Positions 35,421-45,423 of a DNA stretch of 64,000 bases are shown here, piece by piece; positions within the stretch are counted from its first letter, which is position 1, and each line of letters opens with the position of its first letter. The stretch covers positions 1,240,001 to 1,304,000 of the forward strand of contig OZ251228.1 of NCBI GenBank assembly GCA_965240325.2. Direction: 5' to 3'. The stretch is from Rebecca billardiae RCC1528 (lineage: Eukaryota; Protista; Haptophyta). Under the pieces are notes generated by a model. That model was not told the DNA's origin and did not search any database. It was given only the letters and a program-made list of their open reading frames with translations. The position numbers and the translations under genes are program-made.

Positions 35421-36725
35421 TCAGTCGGCGCGCGCCAGGTTCGGCCTCCCCGCAGGCACGAACGTGAGCCCAGCCACCATCGCCGCGCCGCCGATCACGT
35501 TGCCCATGGCCGCCGGCAGCAGGTTGCCCAGCAGGAAATCGCCGACGCTCACGGGCGCACCGAGCAGCATCCCATTCGGGATGATGAACATGTTGGCCAC
35601 GCAGTGCTCGAAGCCGGAGCACACGAAGGCCATCGTGGGGAACCACAGCGCGATCGCCTTCCCTGGCACACCGTGCGACGCCGTCGCCGTCCAGACCGCG
35701 AGGCACACCAGCCAGTTCGCACCGATGCCGCGCAGGAGCGTCGGCAGATACGAATGTGCCTGCGCCGGCCGGGGACGCGTCGAGCGCAGGCGCACGCGTG
35801 GAGCGCGCGGCCGGTGAGGAAGGCTGCGAGGGGCGCGGGGGCGTGCGCGGGCGTCGGCGCGCGAACGCATGGCCGCATGGCGCTCAGCAGGCACACACCG
35901 TCTTCTTCGCGGCGATGAGCGTGGCCAGGTGCGCCTGGGCGGGGGAGCTCAGCAGGTCCGTGCCGCGCACGAGCACCAGGGCGAAGAGGACCGAGCCGAG
36001 GAAGTTGCCCAGGAAGGAGCACGCCCAGTTGATGCCGACGTCGCGGGCGCTCACGGTGCCGGCGAGCCAGCCGGCGGTCATCTATCGCACACGCGCGCGG
36101 CAGCGGCGGCGCTGGCGTGAGCATGCGCGTGCATAGCAGGGTCCGTGCGCATGCGCGTGCACAGCGCACGCGCGAAATCCGCCAGCACCTTGGCGGCGTT
36201 GCCCGTGAAGAGCTCGGCCTGCATGAAGACCACGAGCATGAGGCCGAAGGGGAACACGGCTGCAAAGGCAAAGGCCTCAAGGCCCGGATCGCTAGCCGCG
36301 ATCGACGGCATCCCCCCGCCCACGGTGATCGCCAGGAGGCCTCCGAAGGAGAGATACGCGCCGGCCGCAAAGCCCTGCGCGACAATGGTCGCCGGGTGCA
36401 TCTCCGCCGACTTGCGGGCGCTCGTGGCGACGGCGACGTACGTCTCCGCAAGGCTCTTCATGCCCCCCGCTGAGCCCGGCGAGGGGTGCGCCGCGTTCAG
36501 ACGATCGATCGACTCCTTGAGCGCCGCGTGTGCGGCGAGCAGGATGTCGGTGTCCGATGGTCGGCGGCCGCGCGGCTTCTCGAGGTACGCACCGAGATCG
36601 GCGCTCATCGAGTGCACCCTGTGCCGCCCTGATGGCCGATCCGCCTCCGCGGTGTCCTCATTAGGCGGTGCGCCGCCGTCGGCGTGCCCGTCCTCCAACT
36701 TCGCGTACGTGTCGGCAGCCGACAT
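35421..36725 (-). CDS. Formate/nitrite transporter (FNT, NAR1-like), 3 exons
   Basis: AGAYLSFGG, FPFGL..VV...AELFTGN, GNFLGS, GIGANWLVCLAVW, GK....WFP.MAFV.SGFEHCVANMF, GNVIGG. Confidence 0.92.
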
Positions 36726-36931
36726 CCCACGTCCCAGTCGGGGTTGCTCGTCCAGGACAGCCTGTGACCTGATCTAGTGATACTTATCTAATAGGATCGG
36801 ATCTCATCATTGCCTATTGTTCAACGTACAATACCGCTTCGTTTTCGATGAAGTTTGAAGTTGCGAGCGGTCTTGACTCTTGCAGATGACGAAGTTTTGG
36901 TGCGCGGGATTCGGGATTCCCAAAAAGAATA

Positions 36932-37669
36932 ATGGCTGCCGCGCGCGCAGCCGCAGCGATGGCGCCTCCGGGGATCGCCTACTGGGCCGCCGGCTACGCA
37001 CAGCTATACGTGGCCCTCACGAACCGGTGCCAGGCGAGGACGCTGCCGCAGACGCGCGGCCCGTCCTTTGGCATGCCCACCTTCACCCCGCTGCCCACCG
37101 GGTATGAGCCGGATGCGAACGCGGTCGGCGGGGCCATCTCGGCCGCGCTAGCGGCACGTGCGCCGGGCGCGAGCGAGCTGAGTGGCGTGTGCTTCGCTGG
37201 TCTGGGCGAGCCGCTGCTGCGCGCATCGACGCTCGTCGAAGTTGCATCCCGCCTGCGCGCCGCGCACGGGCCCGCGCTCGCCATTCGCGTGAACACCAAC
37301 GGACTGTGCGAGCCGCCGGACACGTGTGTGCGCACCGCGGAACAGCTCAAGGCGGCCGGCGTGACGCACGTGTCCGTTGCGTTCATGGCGGCGGATGCGA
37401 TCGCATACGACGCGCTGATGCGCCCCGACCCGACCGGCATTACGCAGAGCTTTGCCGGTGAGCCCGCCGACGCGGGCGGGCTGTGGGAGGCGACGCCGAG
37501 CAAGACAGCCTTCGAACGCGTATGTGCCTTTGTGGCCGCGGCCGCGGCGGTCGGGCTGGAGGTGGAGGCGACGGCAGTCACGGTGCCCGGCGTCGACCTC
37601 GGCGAGGCCGAGGCGCTGGCCTGGTCGCTCGGCGCCACGAGCTGGCGGGCGCGTTCGTTCCATGCGTAG
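36932..37669 (+). CDS. TatD-associated radical SAM-like protein with degenerate Fe-S motif
   Basis: LYVALTNRC, EP, VCFAGLGEPLLR, IRVNTNG, VSVAF.A.D...Y..LM.P, AF..V..F, TAV..PGVD, LGA..WR.R resemble the bacterial TatD-family-associated radical SAM proteins. Confidence 0.72.
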   Translation: MAAARAAAAMAPPGIAYWAAGYAQLYVALTNRCQARTLPQTRGPSFGMPTFTPLPTGYEPDANAVGGAISAALAARAPGASELSGVCFAGLGEPLLRASTLVEVASRLRAAHGPALAIRVNTNGLCEPPDTCVRTAEQLKAAGVTHVSVAFMAADAIAYDALMRPDPTGITQSFAGEPADAGGLWEATPSKTAFERVCAFVAAAAAVGLEVEATAVTVPGVDLGEAEALAWSLGATSWRARSFHA

Positions 37670-39042
37670 CGCCGCGCCAACAGCCAAGAGCGATGCCTGA
37701 ACGTCCGCCGGGGCCGCATCATCATCCTGATGACAGATGAGCGCGATGATGACGATCCTCGGTATCTGCTCCTCGGAGTCCATGTCCAAACGGTGAAATC
37801 ACAACGGTCGCGGTGACGGCAGGCGGACTCACGGAGCAGTGTCAGCGTCGGAGCCTCATCACTTGTAGACTCTGCAGACATGTCACATGAGAATAACAAT
37901 CTCATCCCGGTCGGGCCGTGCGATGACGGATGAGTAGACTCTTATGACTACGACTGTAGTCGTGATGAATCTGCACCGGGCCCACGGATCGAGTCGCGGG
38001 TCTCGCGGGACACTCGCGGGACACTGTCACTGACACTGACAGACGGCCGAGTCACTCGGGCGGCCGAGTGGCCGAGCGGCGAGTCGCCAGTCGGACCGTC
38101 GGGCGGCCGAGTGGCAGCGCCAGTCGGCCCGGACGACCGGCCCGAGTCACGGCCTCACCCGTCACCCGCCGGCGCCCCGGACCGCCGACTGACTCGTTAC
38201 ATAGTGGTCAGTCAGTCTCACTGTGTCTGTCTCACTCTCCGAGTCCGATGGCACAACACTCTCCAAGACTCAGGGCCAGGCGGGCGTATTCGTTGGCACC
38301 TCTCTCCACATTCAGTGCCTCTCCACTCATCAGAGTCTCCACTCTCCAGGACCAGGGATGGCGGAGACTCCGATCGGACTTCAGAGTGACACTGACAGCT
38401 AACAGTCAGAGTCAGACGGCCCTCGCCGTCACTTGGCGACTCGCCGGCCGCTCGGCCTCGGGCGGCGGAGGCTCGGCGGCCCGTCGCCGTCGGGCCGGCC
38501 CGAACCCGCGGGCCGCAGCAGACGCAGTGAAATGACCGCGTACAGTTTACTAAGAATAAGAGACGCACACAGCTCAGGCAGGCGAGTATGCCAGTTACTA
38601 GTTAGTGTAATCTGAGTGAGTTTTAGTGGGCCGCCAGTTAATAATGACAGTACGTGATGATATTTTTAAATAATATTATATATATGTAATTATTCAGTAC
38701 TGATCAGAGTACATACTACTACGACATGTCGTATACATATGTATATGCGCGCGTGCATCAGCAGCATATGAATGGCGACGATAGTCTAAGTCGGGCACGC
38801 CGCGGCCCGCGCGCTCGTGCACCGCACGTACCGCGTACGCCGGTACGGCCACGGGCGTCTCCACTGCAGCCGACAGGGTCCGCCATCGCCAGGAGGCGGG
38901 ACGCGGGCTGCGTTTCGAGTCAGGTGAGACGGCTGCTGGCTGCGGATCAGCTGCACGAGTGCGCACTCGGTCGGCTGCGCCAAGCGCCGCACAAAGCGCT
39001 CAGCGCGAAGGGTGGGTCGCATGAGACGTTGGCCAGCTAGGC

Positions 39043-41910
39043 CTAGCACAACGATGGGTCGCACAGCGGCTTGTCGAGCACGCCGCCAAACAAGAGCTGC
39101 CGCGCGCTCGCGTGCCTCGACGAGTGCTGCGCGGTTCGCGGTGCGTCCGCACCCCCCAACCGCCGCGTGCTGCGCGTGTCCGGGCAGATGCAATCGAGCG
39201 GCCCGGTCGCGACGCTCTCGATGAGCCTGCGCAGCTTGAAGAGCGAGCCCTTGATCATGGGCTGTGCTGACGCCGCCACCACCGACTCCACCGCCAGCCC
39301 CTCAAAGAGCGCGGGCGGCTCGCCCTCCTCGTACCCGAACATGCGCTTGGTGAACTTCCTCAGCCCGAGGTTGGCGAAGTCGTCGAGGATTTGGAAGAAG
39401 CGCTTGGGCGTGATGTTGTCGCGCAGCACCGCCTTGGCGGCGTCGATCGACTCCTCGTCGGTCGCGGTGCCCGCAATCTGCGCGGACGCGGCGGCGGTGA
39501 CAGAGGGCGGAATGTAGGTGACAATGTCGAACGCGACCGAGCCGTCGGCCGGCCGGACATTCTCGATGGTCACGTACTCCGGGTCGATGTGCAGGTACGC
39601 GGCGATGTTCTCCTTGATGCCCGTGCGCATCTGCACCGTGAACTCCTGCACCGTGCCCAGGCTGATGGTGACAGTGACGACATAGCAAGTGCCGCCGGGC
39701 GGCGATGGCGGCGCCGGCGAGGGTGGCGGCGGCGGAGACGGCGGCGGCGATGGCGGCGGCGGCGAGGGTGGCGGCGAGGGTGGCGGCGAGGGTGGCGGCG
39801 ATGGCGGCGGCGAGGGCGGCGGCGATGGCGGCGGCGATGGCGGTGGCGATGGCGGTGGCGATGGCGGTGGCGGCGATGGCGGCGGTGATGGAGGCGGCGA
39901 TGGCGGTGGCGACGGCGGTGGGCTGGGCGGCGGCGAAGGTGGCGGCGATGGCGGCGGCGATGGAGGCGGACTTGGCGGAGGCGACGGCGGCGGCGATGGC
40001 GGTGGGGAGGGCGGGGGACTGGGTGGCGGCGGCGATGGCGGCGGCGATGGTGGCGGCGATGGCGGCGGCGACGGCGGCGGCGACGGCGGCGGCGACGGCG
40101 GCGGCGACGGCGGCGGCGACGGCGGCGGCGACGGCGGCGGCGACGGCGGCGGCGACGGCGGCGGCGACGGTGGTGGGGACGGCGGCGGCGACGGCGGTGG
40201 GGATGGTGGCGGCGACGGCGGCGGCGTCGGCGGTGGCGATGGCGGCGGGCTGGGCGGCGGCGAAGGTGGCGGCGAAGGTGGTGGCGAAGGTGGTGGGCTT
40301 GGCGGCGGCGATGGCGGCGGCGATGGCGGCGGCGATGGCGGCGGCGATGGCGGCGGACTGGGTGGCGGCGGCGATGGCGGCGGCGATGGCGGCGGCGATG
40401 GCGGCGGCGATGGCGGCGGCGACGGCGGCGGCGTCGGCGGCGGCGATGGCGGCGGCGATGGCGGCGGCGATGGCGGCGGCGTCGGCGGCGGCGATGGCGG
40501 CGGCGATGGCGGCGGCGTCGGCGGCGGCGATGGCGGCGGCGATGGCGGCGGCGATGGCGGCGGCGATGGCGGCGTCGGCGGCGGCGATGGGGGCGGCGAT
40601 GGGGGCGGCGGCGATGGCGGAGGCGAAGGCGGCGGCGAAGGCGGCGGCGAAGGCGGCGGCGAAGGCGGCGGCGAAGGCGGCGGCGGCGATGGCGGCGGCG
40701 ATGGCGGCGGCGACGGCGGCGGCGATGGCGGCGGCGACGGCGGCGGCGACGGCGGCGGCGACGGCGGCGGCGACGGCGGCGGCGACGGCGGGGGCGACGG
40801 CGGCGGCGACGGCGGGGGCGTCGGCGGCGGCGATGGCGGCGGCGAAGGCGGCGGCGGCGATGGCGGCGGCGACGGTGGCGGCGATGGCGGCGGCGACGGC
40901 GGCGGCGACGGCGGCGGCGACGGCGGCGGCGACGGCGGCGGCGACGGCGGCGGCGACGGCGGCGGCGACGGCGGCGGCGACGGAGGCGGCGGCGAAGGCG
41001 GCGGCGAAGGCGGCGGCGAAGGCGGCAGCGAAGGCGGCGGCGAAGGCGGGGGTGAGGGCGGCGGCGGCGAAGGCGGCGGCGAAGGCGGGGGTGAGGGCGG
41101 CGGCGTGGGCGCCTGCAGCCGACGGCCTCGGCGCGGGGCACTCTCCACCTCAGCCAGCGCGGCCGCGTCCTGCTCAGCAGCCGCGTCAGCGAGCCGGCGG
41201 CTTTCGCTCGCCTCGCCACCGCCACTCGAGACTGCTGCGCGCGTGAAGAGCGTCTCGGGGAGGAGCGGGACGTCGCGGTTGGACATGACCCAGTTCTCCA
41301 CGTCCGCGATCTCCATGAGCAGCGCCTCCTTCGTCTCGCCGTTCACGATGCCGGCGTAATAGCCCCTGTCGTTGGCTGTGAGGCAAACTGCCGTCATGCC
41401 GTGCTTCAGGCCCTCCGGCAGGAAGCTGCCGCCGCTCGTCTCGAAGGTGCCGATGAGGCTCACGGCGAAGAGGAACTGGGTGACGACGTCGTTTCCTTGG
41501 TACACGAACAGGCCCGTGAGCCCCTTCAGCCCGTCCTCCTCCACCTCGGGGATGCCGCCAAAGAGCAGCTCGCGCGGCGCAGCCGACGAGCCGGCGCTGC
41601 TGCGCGTGAGCTTCGGCGCTTGGCCGAAGGGCTCGCCGACGGTGGTGAGCATCTGTGATGTGGCGTCGAGGCAGATCACCTCCCCCGCGCCGATGTCGTC
41701 CTCCGCCGTGTACGTCGCCGTCCACGAGATGTAACCGAGCCCGGCGACGCTGATCTCTGTCCCGGCCTCGAGGTTCACGAGGACCCACATGCACACCTGA
41801 TCGGGGTTCGATTCGGCGTTGAAGCCGATGATCGCCACATCGCCAGGGCTGAGTACGGACGCGCCGGCGAGCGCCAGCCCGCACAGCAGCACCGCGAGCG
41901 CGCGCAGCAT
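39043..41910 (-). CDS. Secreted extensin/pherophorin-like (SPPP)n protein with a bacterial-type N-terminal domain and Cys-flanked C-terminal module
   Basis: Signal peptide MLRALAVLLCGLALAGA; ~470-aa SPPP array; C-terminal globular region; single ORF (ATG at 41910). Confidence 0.85.
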   Translation of the reverse strand: MLRALAVLLCGLALAGASVLSPGDVAIIGFNAESNPDQVCMWVLVNLEAGTEISVAGLGYISWTATYTAEDDIGAGEVICLDATSQMLTTVGEPFGQAPKLTRSSAGSSAAPRELLFGGIPEVEEDGLKGLTGLFVYQGNDVVTQFLFAVSLIGTFETSGGSFLPEGLKHGMTAVCLTANDRGYYAGIVNGETKEALLMEIADVENWVMSNRDVPLLPETLFTRAAVSSGGGEASESRRLADAAAEQDAAALAEVESAPRRGRRLQAPTPPPSPPPSPPPSPPPPSPPPSPPPSLPPSPPPSPPPSPPPPSPPPSPPPSPPPSPPPSPPPSPPPSPPPSPPPSPPPSPPPSPPPPSPPPSPPPTPPPSPPPSPPPSPPPSPPPSPPPSPPPSPPPSPPPSPPPSPPPSPPPPSPPPSPPPSPPPSPPPSPPPSPPPPSPPPSPPPTPPSPPPSPPPSPPPSPPPTPPPSPPPSPPPTPPPSPPPSPPPSPPPTPPPSPPPSPPPSPPPSPPPSPPPPSPPPSPPPSPPPSPPPSPPPSPPPSPPPSPPPSPPPSPPPSPPPTPPPSPPPSPPPSPPPSPPPSPPPSPPPSPPPSPPPSPPPSPPPSPPPSPPPSPPPSPPPSPPPSPPPPSPPPSPPPSPPPSPPPSPPPSPPPSPPPSPPPSPPPSPPPSPPPSPPPSPPPPSPPPSPPPSPPPSPPPSPPPSPPPSPPPSPPPSPPPPSPPPSPPPPPSPAPPSPPGGTCYVVTVTISLGTVQEFTVQMRTGIKENIAAYLHIDPEYVTIENVRPADGSVAFDIVTYIPPSVTAAASAQIAGTATDEESIDAAKAVLRDNITPKRFFQILDDFANLGLRKFTKRMFGYEEGEPPALFEGLAVESVVAASAQPMIKGSLFKLRRLIESVATGPLDCICPDTRSTRRLGGADAPRTAQHSSRHASARQLLFGGVLDKPLCDPSLC
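39690..41110 (-). repeat. Coding 12-bp tandem array (TCGCCGCCGCCG; Ser-Pro-Pro-Pro)
   Basis: Direct inspection. Confidence 0.95.
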
Positions 41911-42177
41911 CACCCGCTGCCAACCCCCAGGGAGCGAGGGCTTTCAGTTGCGGCGGAGCTGCTCGACCACCGAGCCCGTCTCTCTGAAACGCGACAAGGG
42001 GGAGAGTAACGTGCGCACTCCGGACTGTCCGGATGGGAGTTGCCGCAGCCCGATGGGCCAATCACCGAGCGAAGCGACGACTCCACGCCAGAAGTAACGA
42101 CAACTCCGAAAAACGGTTCAAACGCCTGCTCATTTTTTATGATACGCCCCTTTTGATTTCTCTTGACCGCGCAGAAA

Positions 42178-43034
42178 ATGACAATGGCGGCCGCCGACGC
42201 CGCGCTGACGCTCTCATCACGCGCTGGCAGGACCCCCGCCGCTGCGGCGCCATCTACGCGTACACCGGCCGCCCGGTCGACTGGTACGCCGGCCTCGGCG
42301 GGCAGCTGATCCATCAGCTGAACAACTTCCTGCTCGCGCTCGCGGAGCGCCGGCCGTTTGCGCGCGACCGCGCGCGCTCGGCGTACTTTGCGCACACGTC
42401 GTGCGCCGGCGCGCAGTGGGAGTGCATCTTCCGCCGCGTCACCAACGACTCGAGCGACGCGGCGGGCGCGCGCGCGCGAGATCCGTGCCGGCATGCGACC
42501 CGGAGGCGTTTCGCCGTGTCGCGGGGCTGCGCGGCGCGTATGGCCGCGACTGGGACGCGGCGCGCGCCCTGCGCGTCCTCGCCCGACCCTCGCGCCTCGT
42601 CGCGAGCCTCGTGCGCGCCGTCGAGGCGGATGTTGGCTTTGGGCGCGCGCCGTGGGTGGCCGCCCGTGCGGCCGCGGCGGCTGTTAGCGGCGCGCCGGCC
42701 AACGTCGCGAAGCATCGGCGAGAGCTTGGGTGCGTGCGCCCCAGCGCGCACGCTCGCAGTGCACGTGACGCGCCAAGGCGACAAGCTCGAGGGCGGGCGA
42801 CGAGTGGGCCATCGTCTACTCGTCGGCGGAGCACATCGCCGCCTACCGGCACACGTGCGCGAACCAGCACGATCGTGCGAGTGCCTTCGATCTGCTTGGA
42901 ACGGACAACGGCACGCTCGCGGCGCTGCGACGGCCCGGCCAGCCGCGCGGACTCAGTCACAGTCGGCCCACGGCCGCGCGACGGACCGAGGGCGAGGGCG
43001 GACTAGTTCACCTCAGTCTGACCGTAGCAGCTAG
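42178..43034 (+). pseudogene. Probable frameshifted alpha-1,6-fucosyltransferase (GT23/FUT8/NodZ-like) relic
   Basis: RWQDPRRC, GLGGQLIHQL, WECIFRRVTN and LAVHV(T)RQGDK resemble GT23 motifs (QNP.DC, G.G..LH, HVRRGDK). The nearest ATGs are out of frame and the C-terminal half is missing. Confidence 0.45.
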
Positions 43035-43788
43035 TAACTATTTATAGCGTCCGTGACGGGCCGAGGTCGAGTACTAACTGACAGTACACTAGACCAGTTG
43101 CACGCGTGAGCGCCGAAAAATTAAGCCGCTGCCGGACACTTTGTTTGGCAGTGGTAGTCACCGTCGCCGCCTCGGGCATGCCGCTGCCGCCGGCGGCGGC
43201 GGCAGCGGGAGCGTGGCATCAGCGGATATCTACCACCTTCTGCGTCACGCGCTGCGTCGTGCGCGCCAGATGGCAGGTGTCCCCGGTCCGCCGCGCGGAA
43301 GGCAGCGGTCGGCGAGCGCAGAGGTGGGAAGGTCAAGGAAGCGCGCAACGTGAGAGCTTCAGCAGCTTGCCCGTGTACGCGCTTCACGTAGGCGGTGTGG
43401 TTGCGTGCGCACGCCTTCTGTACCCGTACACGCGATCGCAGCGTGAGCCACTCCAGCCTGCCTGCGCATCGCGGGCCGCGCCGCCGGCGCCTCGTCTCCT
43501 GAATCCTCGTTCACGAGGACAGCACGTGTATCCGTGTGCGCGCTCGCTGCTGATGCCGATGGCGGCTCCCCGCGTCGAGGGCGTTTGGCTGGAGCCGCAT
43601 CCAAGGGCATATATCGTGGCTCCGGCTCCGGTCCACCCCCCCCAGCTCCGTTACGTCTTGGCCCCGAGCCGAGGTCAACCAAGCGGACCATGCAGCAGAG
43701 TCCCTGAGACTGAGTCCGACCCCCGAATCTTATTGAATATATATTGATGACTTCAACGAGAAATGTCGCATCCGACCACCTCCCAATA

Positions 43789-43955
43789 GGTTCAGACTCT
43801 ATTTTTACTATGTTACAATTACTCGTCCCTTACTCAGATTTCAGCACAACCCGGAAGCGCTCCGGACACCTGTATATATATATATATGCGAAAATGGTAC
43901 TGAGTAACCTGGTATCCGGGCTGGGTATTTAGTTATAGAAAATAGAGTCTGAACC
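43789..43955. mobile_element. Small MITE-like element (17-bp TIR GGTTCAGACTCTATTTT)
   Basis: 43789-43805 is the perfect reverse complement of 43939-43955; AT-rich interior; no clear TSD. Confidence 0.5.
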
Positions 43956-44540
43956 CGTATTAATGGAGGAATGGAGGTGTGGCTGATGATCCATCTGCCA
44001 TCTGGCCGTAATGTCGTCCAAGGGACCGCCTGGGCCCGCCAGCCTGGGGTGGTCTAGGAGCTATCGTAAATCATCAGAGGCCGGCGATCCCGCCGATTGC
44101 AGTGTCAAGATGTAACGCTCCAGTGACCGGACTGGGGGGGATGGACCGAAGCCGGAGCCTGTCAGCGTAGTCGTCACGGTCCCACCCGATGCTGACGCTG
44201 AGGTGGCGCGCTTGCCGAAGTTGGCTGATGTCTTCTGCCTTTGGCCACCTCTGCGCGACCGCGCGTTCACGCTGCCGGCGCGCGGGCGGCGCGGGCGGCG
44301 TCGCTTGGTGAGCACCTGCCCTGGGTTTCGTCGTTCGTTCTCAGCGACGGTTGGGTCGATTGACATGCCGATTGGATTGGGCGCGACTTCGACCGCGCGC
44401 CTCCGGTGCGCAGATCACGGGCCGGGCCCGTCTTGGGGGGCCGGGGGGGGAACGTGTATGATCAGAATAATAGCAGGTGCATCTAATCTCCCGTAAGGCC
44501 GTAACGGTCGAGCACCCCTCGCTAGGCGAGGGGTGCGACG

Positions 44541-45294
44541 GAAAGGACAGTGGCAACCCGGTCAATCTGGCCCCGCGCCCCTCTCGCGGGCTCTGGCGCG
44601 CGAACGCTTTGTCACTACTGGCCGCCGAGCCGTAGATTGGCGCTCCGTGCACCAACAAAGACATCCCCAGCCGCATGCTGCCACTCGACACCTCGTCTCG
44701 CCTCGCGCGGAGCCAACTTGTGGTGTGCGGGAGCCACCCGAAGCACACTGGGCCGTGTAGCGACGCGCGTGGCGGGTCAACGGTGCATCGCGACGGCGTC
44801 GCACGCGCAATCCGTTGAGTACATACTCATGTCTGTCCCATGGCACGTCATGCACCGCCGTGTCGACACCTCGTCTCGCTTCGCGCGGAGCCAACTTGAG
44901 GTGTGCGAGAGCTACCCGAATCACAGGCTGTGCTGCGCGCGGCGCGTCGCGAGTCGGGAGTGCATCGGCGCACACGGCGGCGCATGACGTGCCATGGGAC
45001 AGACATGAGTATGTACTCAACGGATTGCGCGTGCGACGCCTTCGCGATGCACTGTTGACCCGCCACGCGCGTCGCTACACGGCCCAGAGTGCTTCGGGTG
45101 GCTCCCGCACACCACAAGTTGGCTCCGCGCGAGGCGAGACGAGGTGTCGAGTGGCAGCATGCGGCTGGGGATGTCTTTGTTGGTGCACGGAGCGCCAATC
45201 TACGGCTCGGCGGCCAGTAGTGACAAAGCGTTCGCCCGCCAGAGCCCGCGAGAGGGGCGCGGGGCCAGATTGACCGGGTTGCCACTGTCCTTTC
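44541..45294. repeat. Fold-back inverted repeat: 323-bp arms (44541-44863 / 44972-45294), 108-bp spacer
   Basis: Arms are reverse complements with about 5 mismatches by eye; mirror-image ORFs 44550+ and 45285- appear in the ORF track. Confidence 0.93.
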
Positions 45295-45423
45295 TGTTGG
45301 CGGTGTCGCAGAGCGACCCGCCGGCCGTTTACAGGGCGGAATAATAGGCAGAATAGTACCAGTCGTCGACTACTCGACTCGTCGTCGTTCATCACTCGTT
45401 CACAGCCCGTATCATCGGGCAGA

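Noticed and set aside
39570-41359. Poly-Gly, poly-Ala and poly-Arg ORFs
   Set aside because: Alternative frames of the SPPP repeat; only the minus-strand Pro frame has a signal peptide and globular domains.
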